64,000 nt of DNA, taken from positions 156,924,001 through 156,988,000 of the forward strand of contig NC_058368.1 of assembly GCF_018350175.1 (NCBI RefSeq). The letters are read 5' to 3'. The position numbers and the translations under genes were made by a program. Origin of the DNA: Felis catus. Lineage: Eukaryota. Below are positions 63,016 to 64,000 of the stretch, in pieces (position 1 is the first letter of the stretch; each line of letters opens with the position of its first letter). The notes under the pieces were generated by a model. The model was not told where the DNA came from and did not search any database. It was given only the letters and a program-made list of their open reading frames with translations.

Positions 63016-64000
63016 GTAATAAATACCCATGACATGTTGGCTAGTAACTAAGCATTTTAAAGGATTTGAACAGAGCTACTTGATCTCCTTTGTTGCAAAT
63101 AAACTAAGTTGATATTGTAGATATACCTCAAATATTTTCAAGTCTGCTTCATATTGGGTTTTGGTACATATAGTTCAATTCTCTTTTCATTTATCTTTAT
63201 TAAATTGAGGAAGTACAAAACATTGACCTGCGATATTCTTCCCTGGTTACTGTTTCACTATTTTCTTTGGTTGCATAATGCATGATGTGTCAGAAAGATA
63301 AAGTTTATACTCAAGACACTGATTCATAAGTTCTTATTTTTACTTTGAGTAATTTTCTATTTCTTTGGGACTATTTTAAGTGTTTCCTCTGTTAAAGTTG
63401 AGTTTCTCCTCTTGAGTAAAATTGAATTCACATTTTAGAGTATTTTTACATCTTAAAATATTGCATCTTATGGTTTTCTTTTTCCTTTTTTTTTTTTTAA
63501 ATTCACTTCTATGACAAATGATCTTATGGGTGATGGTGAGAAAATTCCTCGTTCTTTGGCCTTTTTCTTACTAGATTTGGTCAGGAGGGCTGGTTCCTTT
63601 GTCCTGTGCTCACAGTGTCCTGGCCTCTTTCTAGCTATTTTCTGATTTTTTTCCTAATGTTTTCTGAGTCACTTCAACATATGTAGTAATAAGGAATAGT
63701 TGTCACTATCTCCTCTACATTTGAAAAATGAAAGTATTTTCATGACAGGAAGAACAAATTTGTTAATATTGTTGCCAGCACACTAGATCACAAGGCATTT
63801 GGTTCTCCTGGCTTTTCATGATCTTTCCTGTTGTTGTTAATCTTGTTTTTATATTCTTCTCTATATCATATTTTATGCAGAACTTAGAGAACGTGCGTTA
63901 CGTTTCAATAAATTCTTACTTTCAATTTTCTGGAGGAAATAATGATAGGATAAAAGGGACTCTAGCAATCGCACCTACACCAAAATCTAAGTATGTCTTA

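Noticed and set aside
1..64000. CRISPR arrays, operons, tRNA or rRNA genes
   Set aside because: Eukaryotic DNA; no regularly spaced repeat-spacer array seen; tRNA-like A/B boxes belong to SINE heads.

Overview
Mammalian (carnivore, most likely felid) genomic DNA, not microbial. Lineage evidence: about 27 tRNA-derived Can-SINE/SINEC_Fc-type copies and carnivore-type L1 3' ends. The only firmly identifiable gene feature is the CpG-island first coding exon of MCTP1 on the minus strand (ATG at 36501, GT donor after 35779, 241 codons). Bases 1-35.7 kb are MCTP1 intron 1 and 37-64 kb is upstream intergenic DNA. Both are packed with SINE, L1, L2, MIR, LTR and hAT fossils; repeat subfamily names are from recalled consensus resemblance, not a database search. 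The most interesting unexplained structure lies just inside intron 1 (about 30.2-35.1 kb, same strand as MCTP1). It comprises a candidate 164-nt exon in frame with exon 1, a candidate terminal exon carrying a 47-aa small ORF below the ORF-track cutoff (acidic tract, then a basic ...RSRLCCAVPF tail), and about 3 kb of 3'UTR-like DNA with poly(A) signals and no recognisable transposons. This could be a short MCTP1 isoform or a nested microprotein gene; it is a hypothesis from sequence only. Also noted: a SINE-associated local duplication at 15.0-16.3 kb, several palindromic templated-insertion scars and a close inverted SINE pair.
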